Shown here: piece after piece, positions 24,491-36,902 of the stretch
Position numbering within the stretch: the first letter of the stretch is position 1
Layout: every line of letters begins with the position of its first letter
Source of the DNA: Chiloscyllium plagiosum
Lineage: Eukaryota
Length of the DNA: 64,000 bases
NCBI RefSeq assembly: GCF_004010195.1
Contig: NC_057750.1
Span: 12,065,144-12,129,143 of the forward strand
Direction of reading: 5' to 3'
Notes under the pieces: model-generated
What the model was told of the DNA's origin: nothing
What the model saw: the letters and a program-made list of their open reading frames with translations, nothing else
Database searches by the model: none
Position numbers and translations under genes: made by a program

Positions 24491-25307
24491 TTTGTACAGA
24501 GACATGGTAGTAGTCATATTCCTTCCCTGAAATATTTTTAGCATATGTTGCTCTGCCTCTCTGTGCTTTTTGATTTAATTTTCCGTTTGAAATATGCACA
24601 CCAAGCCTTGGGCTGTTTGATAGGAGTGGAGCAATAGTTGTTGGGTCTGTGCCAGTGAGCTCTGTATAAAACAATGCTTGTGTAATCAAAGGAAATCCCG
24701 GAGGTCGTGTGGGTGTGATTTAATACATGTATTCCTTATTTAATATACAGGAATTACAGTTTTCAATTCTTGTGCTTGGCCTTTGCTATTAAGCCCTGAT
24801 TGAAGTGGCAGTGCTCTCATTTACAGGTTATGACTGCACGTTGTAGGTGTTTGGTAGTCCCTCAGAAGAAAGATGAAACTTGCTCAGGGCAAGAACCTCT
24901 GCTTGGCGTCTTATATCATGAGGCTGTAAAGCTGCACCTACTTACCACATGGTACTGCCTGACCAGGATGCACCCATTCTTACTGCCTGCTGAAGGCAGA
25001 TGGGAAGGATTTGAAAGTTGATGATCAACTTGTTTGGCCGCATTGTGACCACACCCTCCCTGGAGATAGCACTCGAACTCAGAGCTTTTGCCCAGAGGCA
25101 GGGACACTACCTGTTGGAAAACAAGAATCTCCCACTATTTCAGCACACTTTCAGAACTACTTGGGGACTGCTGTGCTGTTGGAGACACGGTCTGCCCTTT
25201 CAGGTGAACAATGCTTGTTTAGAAGAGATGGGGTTCTCGGGCCAATATTATCCCTCAACCCAAATTGCTTTAACAGAGCTATTTACTAATTTACCAGGTC
25301 ATGGCTG

Positions 25308-25455
25308 TTTAGATTAGATTAGATTAGATTACTTACAGTGTGGAAACAGGCCCTTCGGCCCAACAAGTCCACACCGACCCGCCGAAGCGTAACCCACCCA
25401 TACCCCTACATTTACCCCCTTTACCTAATACTACGGGCAATTTAGCATGGCCAAT
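25308..25455 (-). mobile_element. 5'-truncated HE1 SINE inside a DeuSINE-like remnant (~25150-25480)
   Basis: (TTAGA)n tail plus the 3' half of the SINE; host shows gtctgccctttcaggtgaac...ggccaatattatccctcaacc. Confidence 0.8.
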
Positions 25456-25819
25456 TGCTGCTTGTTCTGCAGAAGTTGCACATTGATGAGACCTCTGATT
25501 TGTGAATGGTGATAGTGTGCTTGCCTCTGAGCATGTTAATTTGCTTGACATTTTCGACCTATATCACTCATTTGCAGGAATATGAAATGGAGAGCCGATT
25601 CCTAACTATCTCCACGGCAGTACACAGTCACTCCATTGCTTCTTATTTTCAGTTGAGCAACGGCAGCTTTAGGTGTCCACCCAGGGCAGTAAGGGACCTT
25701 TACAGAGCAGTAGAGGCACTGCTCGATCAGTACAGCCACCTTTATGGAGACAGAGATGCTCCCAAACCTATATAGGTATTCCCAGGGTGCAGTGCAGAGA
25801 TTCCCACATAGTCCAGTGC

Positions 25820-28800
25820 AGATGCTGCCACTGCAGATCCTCCTCCTGCAGCTGTGCAGATCCTCCTGGTGGAGCTGTGCAGATCCTCCTGCTGGAGCTG
25901 TGTAGATACTTCTGCTGGAGCTGTGCAGATCCTCCTGGTGGAGCTGTCCAGATGCTCCTGCTGGAACTGTGTAGATCCTCCCCCTGGAGCTGTGTAGATT
26001 CTCCTCCTGGAGCTGTGCAAATCCTCCTGCTGGGGCTGTGTAGATCCTCCTGCTGGAGCTGTGCAGATCCTCCTGCTGGAGCTGTGTAGATCCTCCCCCT
26101 GGAGCTGTGTAGATCATCCTCATGGAGCTGTGCAGATCCCACTGCTGGAGCAGTGCAGATCCTCCTGCTGGAGCTGTGTAGATCCTTCTGCTGGAGCTGT
26201 GCAGATCCTCCTGCTGGAGCTGTGTAGATCCTCCTGCTGGAGTTGTGCAGATCCTCCTGCTGGAGCTGTGTAGATCCTCCTCCTGGAGCTGTGCAGATCC
26301 TCCTGCTGGAGCTGTGCAGATCCTCCTCCTGGAGCTGTGTAGATCTTCCTCCAGGAGCTGTGCAGATCCTCCTGCTGGGGCTGTGTAGATCCTCCTGCTT
26401 GAGCTGTGTAGATCCTCCTGCTGGAGCTGTGCAGATCGTCCTGCTGGAGCTGTGCAGATCCTCCTGCTGGAGCTGTAGAGATTTTCCTGCTGGGGCTGTG
26501 TACATCCTGCTGGAGCTGTGTAGATCCTCCTGCTGGAGCTATGCAGATCCTCCTCCTGAAGCTGTGCAGATCCTCCTGCTGGGGCTGTGCAGCTCCTCCT
26601 GCTGGAGCTGTGCAGATCCTCCTCCTGGGGCAGTGCAGATCCTCCTCCTGGAGCTGTGCAGATCCTCCTCCTGGAGCTGTGCAGATCCTCCTGCTGGTGC
26701 TGTGCAGACCCTCCAGCTGGAGCTGAGTACATCCTCCTCCTGCAGCGGTGCAGATCCTCCTGCTGGAGTTGTGTAGATCCTCCTGCTGGAGCTGTCTAGA
26801 TCCTCCTGCTGGAGCTGTGCAGATCCTTCTCCTGCTGGAGCTATGTAGATCCTCCTGCTTGTTCTGTGCAGATCCTTCTCCTGCAGCTGTGTACAACCTC
26901 CTGCTGGGGCTGTGCAGATTCTCTTCCTGGAGCTGTGTAGATCCACCTGCTGGAGCTGTGTAGATCCTCCTGCTGGAGCTGTGCAGATTCTCCTGCTGGG
27001 GCTGTGTGGTTCCTCCTCCTGGAGCTGTGTAGATCCTCCTGCTGGAGCTGTGCAGAACCTCCAGCTGGAGTTGTGCAGATCCTCCTCCTGCAGCTGTGCA
27101 GATCCTCCTGCTGGAGTTGTGTATATCCTCCTGCTGGGGCTGTGCAGATTCACCTGCTGGGGCTGTGTGGATCCTCCTCCTGGAGCTGTGTAGATCCTCC
27201 TGCTGGAGCTGTGTAGATCCTCCTGCTGGAGCTGTGCAGATCCTCCTCCTGCAGCTGTTCAAATCCTCCTGCTGGGGCTGTGCAGGTCCTCCTGCTGGAG
27301 CTGTGCAGATCCTCTTGCCGGAGCTGTGTACATCATCCTGCTGGGGCTGTGTACCTCTTGCTGGAGCTGTGTAGATCCTCCGCCTGGAGCTGTGCAGATT
27401 ATCCTCCTGGGGCTGTGCGGATCCTCCTGCTGGAGCTGTGTAGATCCTCCTGCTGGGGCTGTGCAGATTCTCCTCCTGGGGCTGTGCAGATCCTCCTGCT
27501 GGAGCTGTGTAGATCCTCCTGCTGGGGCTGTGCAGATCCTCCTCCTGCAGCTGTTCAAATCCTCCTGCTGGGGCTGTGCAGATCCTCCTGCTGGAGCTGT
27601 GCAGATCCTCTTGCTGGAGCTGTGTACATCATCCTGCTGGGGCTGTGTACATCTTGCTGGAGCTGTGTAGATCCTCTGCCTGGAGCTGTGCAGATCCTCC
27701 TGCTGGAGCTGTGCAGATTCTCCTCCTGGGGCTGTGCAGATCCTCCTCCAGGAGCTGTGTAGATCCTCCTGCTGGGGCTGTGCAGATTATCCTGCTGGGG
27801 CTGTGCGGATCCTCCTGCTGGGGCTGTGCAGATCCTCCTCCTGGAGCTGTGTAGATCCTCCTGCTGGAGCTGTGTAGATCCTCCTGCTGGAGCTGTGCAG
27901 ATCCTCCTGCTGGAGCTGTGCAGATCCTCCTGCTGGAGTTGTGTACATCCTCCATCAGGGGCTGTGTACGTACTTCCTGCTGTGGCTGTGTACATCCTGC
28001 TGGAGCTGTGTAGATCCTCCTCCTGGAACTGTGTAGATCCTCCTGCTGGAGCTATGCAGATCCTCCTGCTGGAGCTATGCAGATCCTCCTGCTGGAGCTG
28101 TGCAGATCCTCCTCCTGGGGCTGTGCAGATTTTCCTGCTGGGGCTGTGCAGACCCTCCAGCTGGAGCTGTGCACATCCTCCTCCTGCATCTGTGCAGATC
28201 CTCCTGCTGGAGCTGTGTAGATCCTCCTCCTGGAACTGTGTAGATCCTCCTGCTGGAGCTATGCAGATCCTCCTGCTGGAGCTATGCAGATCCTCCAGCT
28301 GGAGCTGTGCACATCCTCCTCCTGCATCTGTGCAGATCCTCCTGCTGGAGCTGTGTAGATCCTCCTGCTGGTGTTGTGCAGATCCTCCTCCTGGAGCTGT
28401 GTAGATCCTCCTGCTGGAGCTGTGCAGATCCTCCTCCTGGAGCTGTGTAGACCCTCCTGCTAGAGCTGTGTAGATCCTCCTGCTGGAGCTGTGCAGATCT
28501 TCCTGCTGGAGCTGTGTCGATCCTCCTGCTGGGGTGTGTCGATCCTTCTTTCTAGAGCTGTCTAGATCCTCCTCCTGGAGCTGTGGAGATCCTCCTGCTG
28601 GAACTGTGTAGATCCTCCTGCTGGAGCTGTGCAGATCCTCCTGCTGGAGCTGTGTAGATCCTCCACCTGGGGGTTTGGAGATCTTCCTGCTGGAGCTGTG
28701 CAGATCCTCCTGCTGGAGCTGTGCAGATCCTCCTGCTGGAGCTGTGTAGATCCTCTTGCTGGCGCTGTGTAAATCCTCCTGCTGGAACTGTGCAGATATT

Positions 28801-28900
28801 CCTGGTGGAGCTGTGCAGATCCTCCTCCTGGGGCTGTGTAGATCCTCCTGCTGGAGCTGTGCAGATCCTCCTTCTGAGTCTGAGCAGATGCTCCTCTGGC
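25820..28900. repeat. Minisatellite, 23-bp unit GCTGGAGCTGTG(C/T)AGATCCTCCT, ~130 copies
   Basis: Direct repetition; the 23-aa periodicity in translated frames equals 3 units; occasional 20-bp variants. Confidence 0.97.
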
Positions 28901-29698
28901 TGTGCGGACGTTATTGGGGTTATGCTAAATGGAAACAATACCTTTCCTTTTTCAGGCTCAGATACTATTCACCTCCCTCCGTGTGACATAACATGATAAC
29001 AGAAAATGCTGCGAATGCTCGGGTGTTTTGAGAGTATCTGTGGAGGGGACCAGAGTTAACTTCTGGAGTTTATAAGGTGTGTCACCCCACTTGGCCAAGT
29101 TGTTTACCCCCAACCTCCTCATCATGCCATTGATTGGCTCAGGGTGAGCCATCACCAGCCTCTAGACGCATGCCCTGCCTCAAAAACCTTTCAGCTATGA
29201 TTAGCCAGTAGCTCTCCTGACCCGTAAATGGTACCTTTCAGGACTGTAGGTAGTCCTTTTTGCAGAGGAGCCAGAAACCCAGGTACGTCTGGAGCTTTGC
29301 TAGTGCCAGGCTGGCAAAACCCAATGATGGAATTTGGGGGTGGTCTAGGTTTGACAGGAAGAGGGTTGCATCACGGGAGATGTCCAATGGGGCAAGGCTA
29401 CTCTCCATTTATGAGGGAAAGTATCTGGCATATTAAAGGGAATCAAAATCAATGGGGTGAAGTTCTGCCATTATTTTATCGGATGGGGGAGCAGGCTTAA
29501 GGAGTTTATTGGTCCCATCCCGTTCATTTTCCTTCTGCCCTCATGAGAGAAAGCAGGAAAGCATGTTTTACAAAGAAATATATGAGGCTATGGAAACTAT
29601 CCCAGAGTTAGTGATTGAGGCAAATATCATGAATACGTTAGAATAGGTGGGTCGAAGGAATGGGGAATAAATGGATTTGGGAACATGTAGGGGACACA

Positions 29699-30008
29699 GA
29701 ATTAGATTCAATTACATTACAGTGTGGAAACAGGCCCTTCGGCCCAACAAGTCCACACTGACCCGCCGAAGCGTAACCCACCCATACATTTACCCCTTAC
29801 CTAACACTACGGGCAATTTAGCATGGCCAATTCATCTGGCCTGCACATCTTTGGACGTGGGAGGAAACCGGAGCACCCGGAGGAAACCCACGCAGACACA
29901 GGGAGGACGTGCAAACTCCACACAGTCAGTCGCCTGAGTCGGGAATTGAACCCGGGTCTCTGGTGCTGTGAGGCAGCAGTGCTAACCACTGTGCCACCGT
30001 GTCGCCCA
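29699..30008 (-). mobile_element. HE1-type V-SINE
   Basis: Full-length on the minus strand. Confidence 0.92.
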
Positions 30009-31794
30009 CTGAATTAGGATACTGCTGAGATAGACGATAAATCCCAACAGGGATTCGATGCAGTAAATTACAAGGTTTTGATTTGTAATTTTTATGCAAT
30101 ATCTTAGAGGGGATAGTTCTAGACACCAACAAGAGTATATGTCTAGCAAATGAAATGGGAAGCAACACAGAGTGGTACCTGTTTTGGTTGCAAAGTTTGA
30201 TAATGGTATAATGAAGGGAAGATTCAGCGAGTCAAGGTAAGTCTGACAAAGCTCAAAAGGTCTCAGTTTAAATATTGAGGACGTAAGAAAGTGGAAGAGT
30301 GTGCTCATAAATTCGGAGGAGTTAGAGGATTCACTGGAGAGTGGAACCAAATAATATCAGTAAAACCAGCAACTCGAAAAAGAGTGTGACAAGCAGAAGC
30401 TGTGGACTTGAAGTGAGAGTGATGGTAATAATCAGGTGAGCTTCACCTCACACCAGATACAATGAGTTATCATCAAGATTCTGGATGGATATCAGTACTG
30501 CTTAATCGAGAGACTTTTCTGTAAATCTTAATAAAACCAAGAATAAACAAACATAGAGAGGTTAAGGCGGTTACAGTCCGTGTGTTGAATGGTTGTTATT
30601 TTTTGACAGTTTTAAGTTATTACCTAACTAGCTATCTCTTAAATATCAATCGTCTGTTTAAAGTGTACTGCCATGAATTCTAAATGGCAGATGTTTGTAA
30701 GCGGTCCATTGATCATTGTCTGTATCTCAGCCAAATCTTCATTTTCACAATAATCAACTCAGAATTGAAGTGAAACCGTCCTTGGGCATTGATGCTAAGA
30801 GGTTGGTTGCAAATCATTTTGAACTAGTGGAGAAAAGAATGAATCAACAAGTGAAAATTGCTGCTGATTTGCGAGCAGCCATCCTTTTTTAATCAAGGTG
30901 AATTTCATTCACGGTGAGTTTTATAAGTTCACTGTGATAGTGGAGGTGGAGTAGTGAATGATGAGACTGTGTTCGGGACTAAAGCAAGGTCAAACAAAGC
31001 ATGGATTCAACATGTGAAACAAAAAATAGCTTGCAATAGAAAGCCTTCTGTCTTGCACTTTAAGGCCAGATACAACAATACCAAATTTCAAAGGGAACAA
31101 GAATGTATACAGCATGAGGAAGGGTTGCCAAATGGTTGCCATGTTGACTGATTCGTCAAGGTGTTGCCATGGTGAATACACCAAGGAAAAATTGTTCTGC
31201 AATTGGTTAATTTAACAAAAAGCTTGGGCATGTGCTTAGTTCCTGTGGAGGATAGGTCCCTATGGATAAACATACGTAGGAAAGGTCATGAGCCGGTTGA
31301 CCTGCCTCTTTAGTCGATGATGGTGAGGGTGCACATGAATGTGACACTTCCATCCTGTGCCACTGAGTCACCATCTCGTGCATTGTGGCAGGAGCCAGAG
31401 CAGGCATGGATTGCGGCCTGTATGGAGGCTGGCTTCCGCCCCTGTGAAAGAAATTTCAGGCCTTCGAGTTACCGGAAAAGAGCAAAATGAAACAGAAGCT
31501 GCATGTTTTTTGTTATCTTTGCAAACACTTTCAGTGTCAGGAAGATAGTGGAATTATCACCATACTAGTAATTCAGAAACCCAGGATAATACTCTGGGGC
31601 ACCCAGGCAGCTAGTAAAATTTTTATTCAGTTAATAAAATCTGGACTGTAAAAGTAAGCAATTGGTAAATGGTACCATGACAACTATCATCATTCATTGG
31701 TGTAAAAATGCATCTAAGGCCTTTAGGGAAGGAAATCAGCCATCCTCACCCAGTGTGTGCAGGGGAGGTGTACTGGTAGTGTCACCAAAGATTA

Positions 31795-32190
31795 CACCCT
31801 GGAAGAAAAGACTAAAGGGAGATTTAGCAGAGGCATTCAAAACCCTGTAAAGTCCAAATAGATTAAATGGGATATCAACCAGTAGAAGGATTAACAAACA
31901 ACAGACAGAATTTAAGCTGACTGCTGAAAGAGATGGCTGAGATGTTTTTTAAGCAGAAGGTACTGTGGTATAGAATTCATTGCCTGAAAGTGTGGCAGAA
32001 TCAGACATAATTGTAACTTATAAGAGGTAATTAGATATACACTTGAATAGGAAACATTTACAAGTCTGGTGGGGTTTGGAGGGGGTGGGGATGGGGGTCT
32101 TGGGAGAGTAGCAGGAGAGTGGGACTAGTTGGATAGTCCTCTCAAAGAACTGATGTAGCCTTGAAGGACTGTGTAATTTGATGTATGTCT
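31795..32190 (+). mobile_element. Old CR1 3' fragment
   Basis: KRLKGDLAEAFK..NSLPESVAE-like remnants. Confidence 0.6.
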
Positions 32191-32911
32191 TTCCCCTGGA
32201 TTTTGCATTGTTATAGAACAAGGCTGAGTTTCTGTGCCTGTTTGCCAAGAATTAATTCAATATGCAGTCAAACACTTGAAGGCTTTTTAAAGGTTAAATG
32301 AACCTTAACGCATTAATAGCCAACACTGAGGTTAATAAGATGTGGTCATGAAACATGCAGATGGTGCAACCAGTATAGCTTTCATCCTTCCAGTGTCTCC
32401 CTTAGTTCACTCAGTATCCTGTGTTGCAGTCACTGATCACTGAAGTCCCAGACGTTCTATGTGCCACCCACTCTTAAAACTGAAGTTACAGGGAAAGATT
32501 TGACTTATGGCACACAATATGAGACACCCTGATCTAGCAAGACTTGGGCTTTTGCTTACAACAATTGATCAGAGCTGAGTGGAGCATTACTATTGTCTTC
32601 AGTGACTCTACTGTTCACAGCATCCATCTCACGATGACCAGTCGGTGGCTGAATGACAAAGTCCTAGAGATCATGAGAACAATTCATGGATCAGGATGCA
32701 AGCACCAGATTCTTTGATTTTGAACTAAATGGGTGATTTATAGAACCCTGATCAGAATAGAAGAGGTTTTGTGGTGCAGTAGTCACATCCTTGCCTCAGA
32801 GCACAAAGATGTGGGTTTGATCTCCAACTTAGATGTGTTCATAACATGGTCGGGCAGGTTAATATTGACCTGTAAGTCCTTCCAAAACACACACCAATGA
32901 TAAAAGCCATT

Positions 32912-33014
32912 TGCAAGTTTTGAGAAGATTTGTAGCTCAGGTTGAGATTCTGGATGTGGGTTTGCTCGCATTCATGAAAATGAACCTTCCAGCTCAGCGA
33001 GCAAACCTACATCC
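32912..33014. mobile_element. Fold-back PLE derivative (family C)
   Basis: Both arms match the terminus of the PLE at 34433-34514; flanking ATAA(A/G)AGCCATT at 32900-32911 and 33015-33026. Confidence 0.78.
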
Positions 33015-33026
33015 ATAAGAGCCATT

Positions 33027-33240
33027 ATGTGGAGCTGCCGATATTGGACTGGGTGGACAAAGTCAGAAGTCACGCGACACCAGATTACAGTCCAACAGCT
33101 TTATTTGAAATCACAAGCTTTTGGAGCATTGCCCCTTCATCAAATGAAGGACTTCACCTGATGAAAGGGACAACGCTCCGAAAGCTTGTGCTTTCAAATA
33201 AACCTGTTGGACTGTAACCAGGTGTCATATGACTTCTGAA
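33027..33240. mobile_element. Fold-back PLE derivative (family B variant) with hammerhead-like motif at 33155-33190(+)
   Basis: Inverted arms around ~33145; CAC-CTGATGA-A-AGGGACAACGCTCC-GAAA-GC-TT-GTG. Confidence 0.75.
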
Positions 33241-33362
33241 CAGTAAATGCATGAGAGAGTTCTGGTCAATCATGTGATGGAAAGAAATTGAGGGTGTTCT
33301 ACCATTACTGTCCATAGCTCCACACCATAACATGCATGTAAACAGTGTATATTTCCACAACA

Positions 33363-33679
33363 AGATTAGATTACTTTACAGTGTGGAAACAGGCCCTTCG
33401 GCCCAACAAGTCCACACCGACCCGCCGAAGCGCACCCACCCAGACCCATTCCCCTACATTTACCCCTGCACCTAACACTACAGGCAATTTAGCGTGGCCA
33501 ATTCACCTAATCTGCACATTTTTGGAGTGTGGGAGGAAACCGGAGCACCCGGAGGAAACCCACGCAGACACGGGGAGAATGTGCAAACTCCACACAGTCA
33601 GTCGCCTGAGGCGGGAATTGAACCCGGGTCTCTGGCGCTGTGAGGCAGCAGTGCTAACCACTGTGCCACCGTGCCGCCC
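33363..33679 (-). mobile_element. Young HE1-type V-SINE
   Basis: Close reverse complement of 13459-13773. Confidence 0.95.
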
Positions 33680-33774
33680 ACTAACTTGGATTCCTGGTAG
33701 CAGAAGGGTGCTCAGTTGATGCAGACAGCACAGGGGTCAATCACACTCCATGTGAGGTGAATTTAAAACCTGTC

Positions 33775-34514
33775 TCCCGCTGATTTCTGAGCAACAAACC
33801 CAAAGAAGCAGACAGGACACGTCCAGAAACCCTAGCCACTCTCCCCAACATCAAAAACATCTCGGAAATGACTGCCAGACCACTTAGACCCCTTGGCATC
33901 ATGGTAGCCCACAAACCCACCAACACACTAAAACAGCAGCTAATGAACTTGAAAGACCTTATACAGACAACAAGCAAAATTAATGTCAATTACAAAATAC
34001 CTTGCTAGAACTGTACCAAACGCTGTAACAAACAGGCAGCAAACTAGCCACCAGGAAACATGAACATCAACTAGCCACAAAACAACATGACTCTCTCTCA
34101 CTAATATCCTTACATACAGATGAGGAAGGACACCACTTCGACTGGGACAACACATCCATTCGAGGACAGGCCAAATAGAGACATGCACGACAATTCCTAG
34201 AGGCACAGCATTCCAACTGGAACTCTATCAACAAATACATTGACTTGGATCCCATTTATCACCCCTGAGAAAAAGAACAGGAAATGCCATCACAACAGGA
34301 AATGATGTCATCACAGGAAATGACATCACCGACCCTTGGAAACTCAAACATATAAATAGAAAGCGGGCTACACCACCAGTGCTTGATTCAGAGGCTCACT
34401 GAAGATATTACCGAGTATGGTGACGAAACATCTGAAAACAAACCTTCCAGCTCAGCAAGCAAACCTACATCCAGAACCTCAACTTGAGCTACAAATCTTC
34501 TCAAAACTCGCTAA
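33775..34514 (+). mobile_element. Penelope-like element 3' fragment (Penelope/Poseidon-type): disrupted GIY-YIG nuclease plus terminal repeat
   Basis: Hand translation: TLPNIKNISEMTARPLRPLGIMVAHKPTNTLKQQL..NVNYKIPC*NC..QTGSKLATRKHEH..H...GHHFDWDN..RQFLEA..INKYIDLDPIY. Confidence 0.85.
34396..34435 (+). ncRNA. Minimal hammerhead ribozyme motif in the PLE terminal repeat (partly decayed)
   Basis: TCA-CTGAAGA-T-ATTACC-GAGTAT-GGTGAC-GAAA-CA-TC-TGA. Confidence 0.6.
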
Positions 34515-35630
34515 CCTGCCTCCCTACTTTAATCATGGTGGAGTGTGCAGTGCTCTGGGTCAGACCAGCTTTGGGCACAGAATTGAATAAGATAATAGGA
34601 GTAGGCCTTTCAGCCTATCAAACCTCTCCCCTCTTTTGATATGATCATGACGAATTGAATACTTAAATTCACCCAAACCCCATACTCCTATACATCATTG
34701 GTAATCAGATTCTATCTTAAACACATTCAAAGACTGAGCTTCCACAGCCCACTGTGGAGAGAATCCCCAAGGTTCACAAACCTCCAACTAAAGGAAAAAA
34801 CACCTCATCTGTCCTAAGAAACAATTCCCTTAGGTTTAAGTTGTGTCCTGATTCTAGATTCCTCAACGACCTGCATTTGTCCTGTCTATCCCTTGAAGTG
34901 TTTTGTAAGTTTCATTTAGATCACTGCTTATTCTTTTGAACTCTAGAGAGTGCAGTTTGCCCAACCTATCTTCATAGCACAGTCCTGCCATCTGGAAACA
35001 AGACAATCCCTCTATAGCAATAAAAACTCCCCTGAAATAAGGAGACCATGTACTTCAGGTGCTGCCTAACAAGGCTCCTATGGAACTGAAGCAAGGCTTC
35101 ACTGTTCCTGTACTCAAATACTCTAGAAATAAAAGCTAATATTCTATTAGCCTAATCGCTTGCTTCACCTGCATGCTAGCCTTCACTGACTTACCATCAA
35201 GCTCCCTTTGTACATATACATTTTCCGATCTCTTACCATTTAAAAAGAATACTCTGCACATCTCTCCCTCCTACCAAAGTGGATAACCTCATATTTTTCC
35301 ATATTATATTCCATTTGCCATGGTCTAGCCCATTCATTAAAGTTGTACAAATCCTGCTCAAGCCACTGTTCATCTTCCTCACAATACACATTCTCACTTA
35401 GCTTTGTACAGTCTGCAAATTTGGAAATGTCTTTAGTCCCCACCTCCAAAGTATATATAAATATTGTGAACAGCTGGGGCCCAAGTACTGATCCTTGCAG
35501 TACCCCATTAGTCACAGCCTGCCAGCATGAGAATGACCCATCTATTCCTATTCTATATTTTCTATCTGTTAGCCAACCCTTAATCTATGTCAGTACATTA
35601 CCTCCTTTTTGATTTTTTACAACCAGCTCC

Positions 35631-35835
35631 TTTATTCAGAGAATAGTAGGGGCATGGAAAGCACTGCCTGCAACAGTAGTGGACTCGCCAACTTTAAGGG
35701 CATTTAAATGGTCATTGGATAGGCATATTGACGAGAATGGAATGGTATAGGTTAGATGGGCTTCAGATTGGTTTCACAGGTTGGCGGAACATTGAGGGCC
35801 AAAGGGCCTGTACTGCGCTGTAATGTTCTATGTTC
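35631..35835 (+). mobile_element. CR1 3' end nested in the older CR1
   Basis: Same subfamily tail as 8180-8352 (gggcctgtactgcgctgtaatgttctatgttc). Confidence 0.88.
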
Positions 35836-36319
35836 CTGTCAGGAACTCTATCAAAGGTCTTCTGGAAACGTAAATATATTATGCCCATCAACACTCTTAT
35901 CACGTTTGTTAGTAATATCTTCAAATGAATTTGTCAACCACAATTTTCCCTTTGCAAGTTCATGTTTACTATGCCCAATCAGATGATTATTATCCAAATA
36001 TCTATTTTTCACACTCGTTATAATAGATTCTAGCATTTTCCCTACAACTAACATAAGGCTAACAGCTTTGGAGTTCCCTGTTTCTGTCACTCCCTCCTTA
36101 AATAGGGGGGTGACATTTGTTATATTCCAAATTGTAGGCATCATTCCAAGATCTATAGAATTCTGTAAGGTAATCACCAATGCACTGACTATCTCTATAT
36201 CTCTATATCTGTCTCCTTCAACACTGTGAGATGTGGAGCATCAGGTTCTGGAACTCAACAACTTGCAGCCGCATTTGTTTTTCCAATGCAATCTTCCAAT
36301 CTCCTTCAACTCCTAATAC

Positions 36320-36902
36320 TTCAGAGGCTAAGAATCCTTCAGCAAGTAACTCACTTCCTGATTCCCCATGGCCTGTCCGCCAGCTATAAGGCACAAGCCC
36401 GGAGTGTGATGAAATACTTTTCATTTGTCTGGATGAGTGCAGCTCCAACAACACTCAAGAAGCTTGACACCATCCAGGACAAAGCAGCCCACTTGATTGG
36501 CAATGCATCCACAAACATCCACCCCCTCCACCGACGCTCAGCAGCAGAAATGTGTATTATCTACAAGATGTACTGCAGAAATTCTCACAGGATCCTCAGT
36601 CAGTATCTTCCAAACACACGACTATTTCCATCGAGAGGGATAAGGCAAGCAGATACATGGAAATGCCTGCAAGTCCCAAGCCACACACCATCCTGACTTG
36701 GAAAGATATCACCGTACTTCACTGTCGCTGGGTCATAACCTTGGAATGCTCTCCCTAACAGAATGGTGGGGCTACCTACAGCATATGGATTGCAGCAGTT
36801 CAAGAAAGTAGCTCACAATTGTCTTCTCAAGAGCAACTAGTGAGGGACAATAAATGCTGGCCCAGCCAGTGACAACCACATTCCAGGAGTGAATAAACAA
36901 AA
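36320..36902 (+). mobile_element. Nested LINE 3' fragment of a different CR1-group family
   Basis: YKAQARSVMKY..WMSAAPTTLKKLDTIQDKAAHLI; tail aataaatgctggcccagccag...gaataaac. Confidence 0.8.

Noticed and set aside
22740..28900. CRISPR-like array
   Set aside because: Units are head-to-tail with no unique spacers, there are no cas genes, and the context is vertebrate.
22465..28990. Long ORFs (up to 492 aa) in both minisatellites
   Set aside because: Open in several frames on both strands because the units lack stops; C-run indels shift frame freely; no splice or domain evidence.
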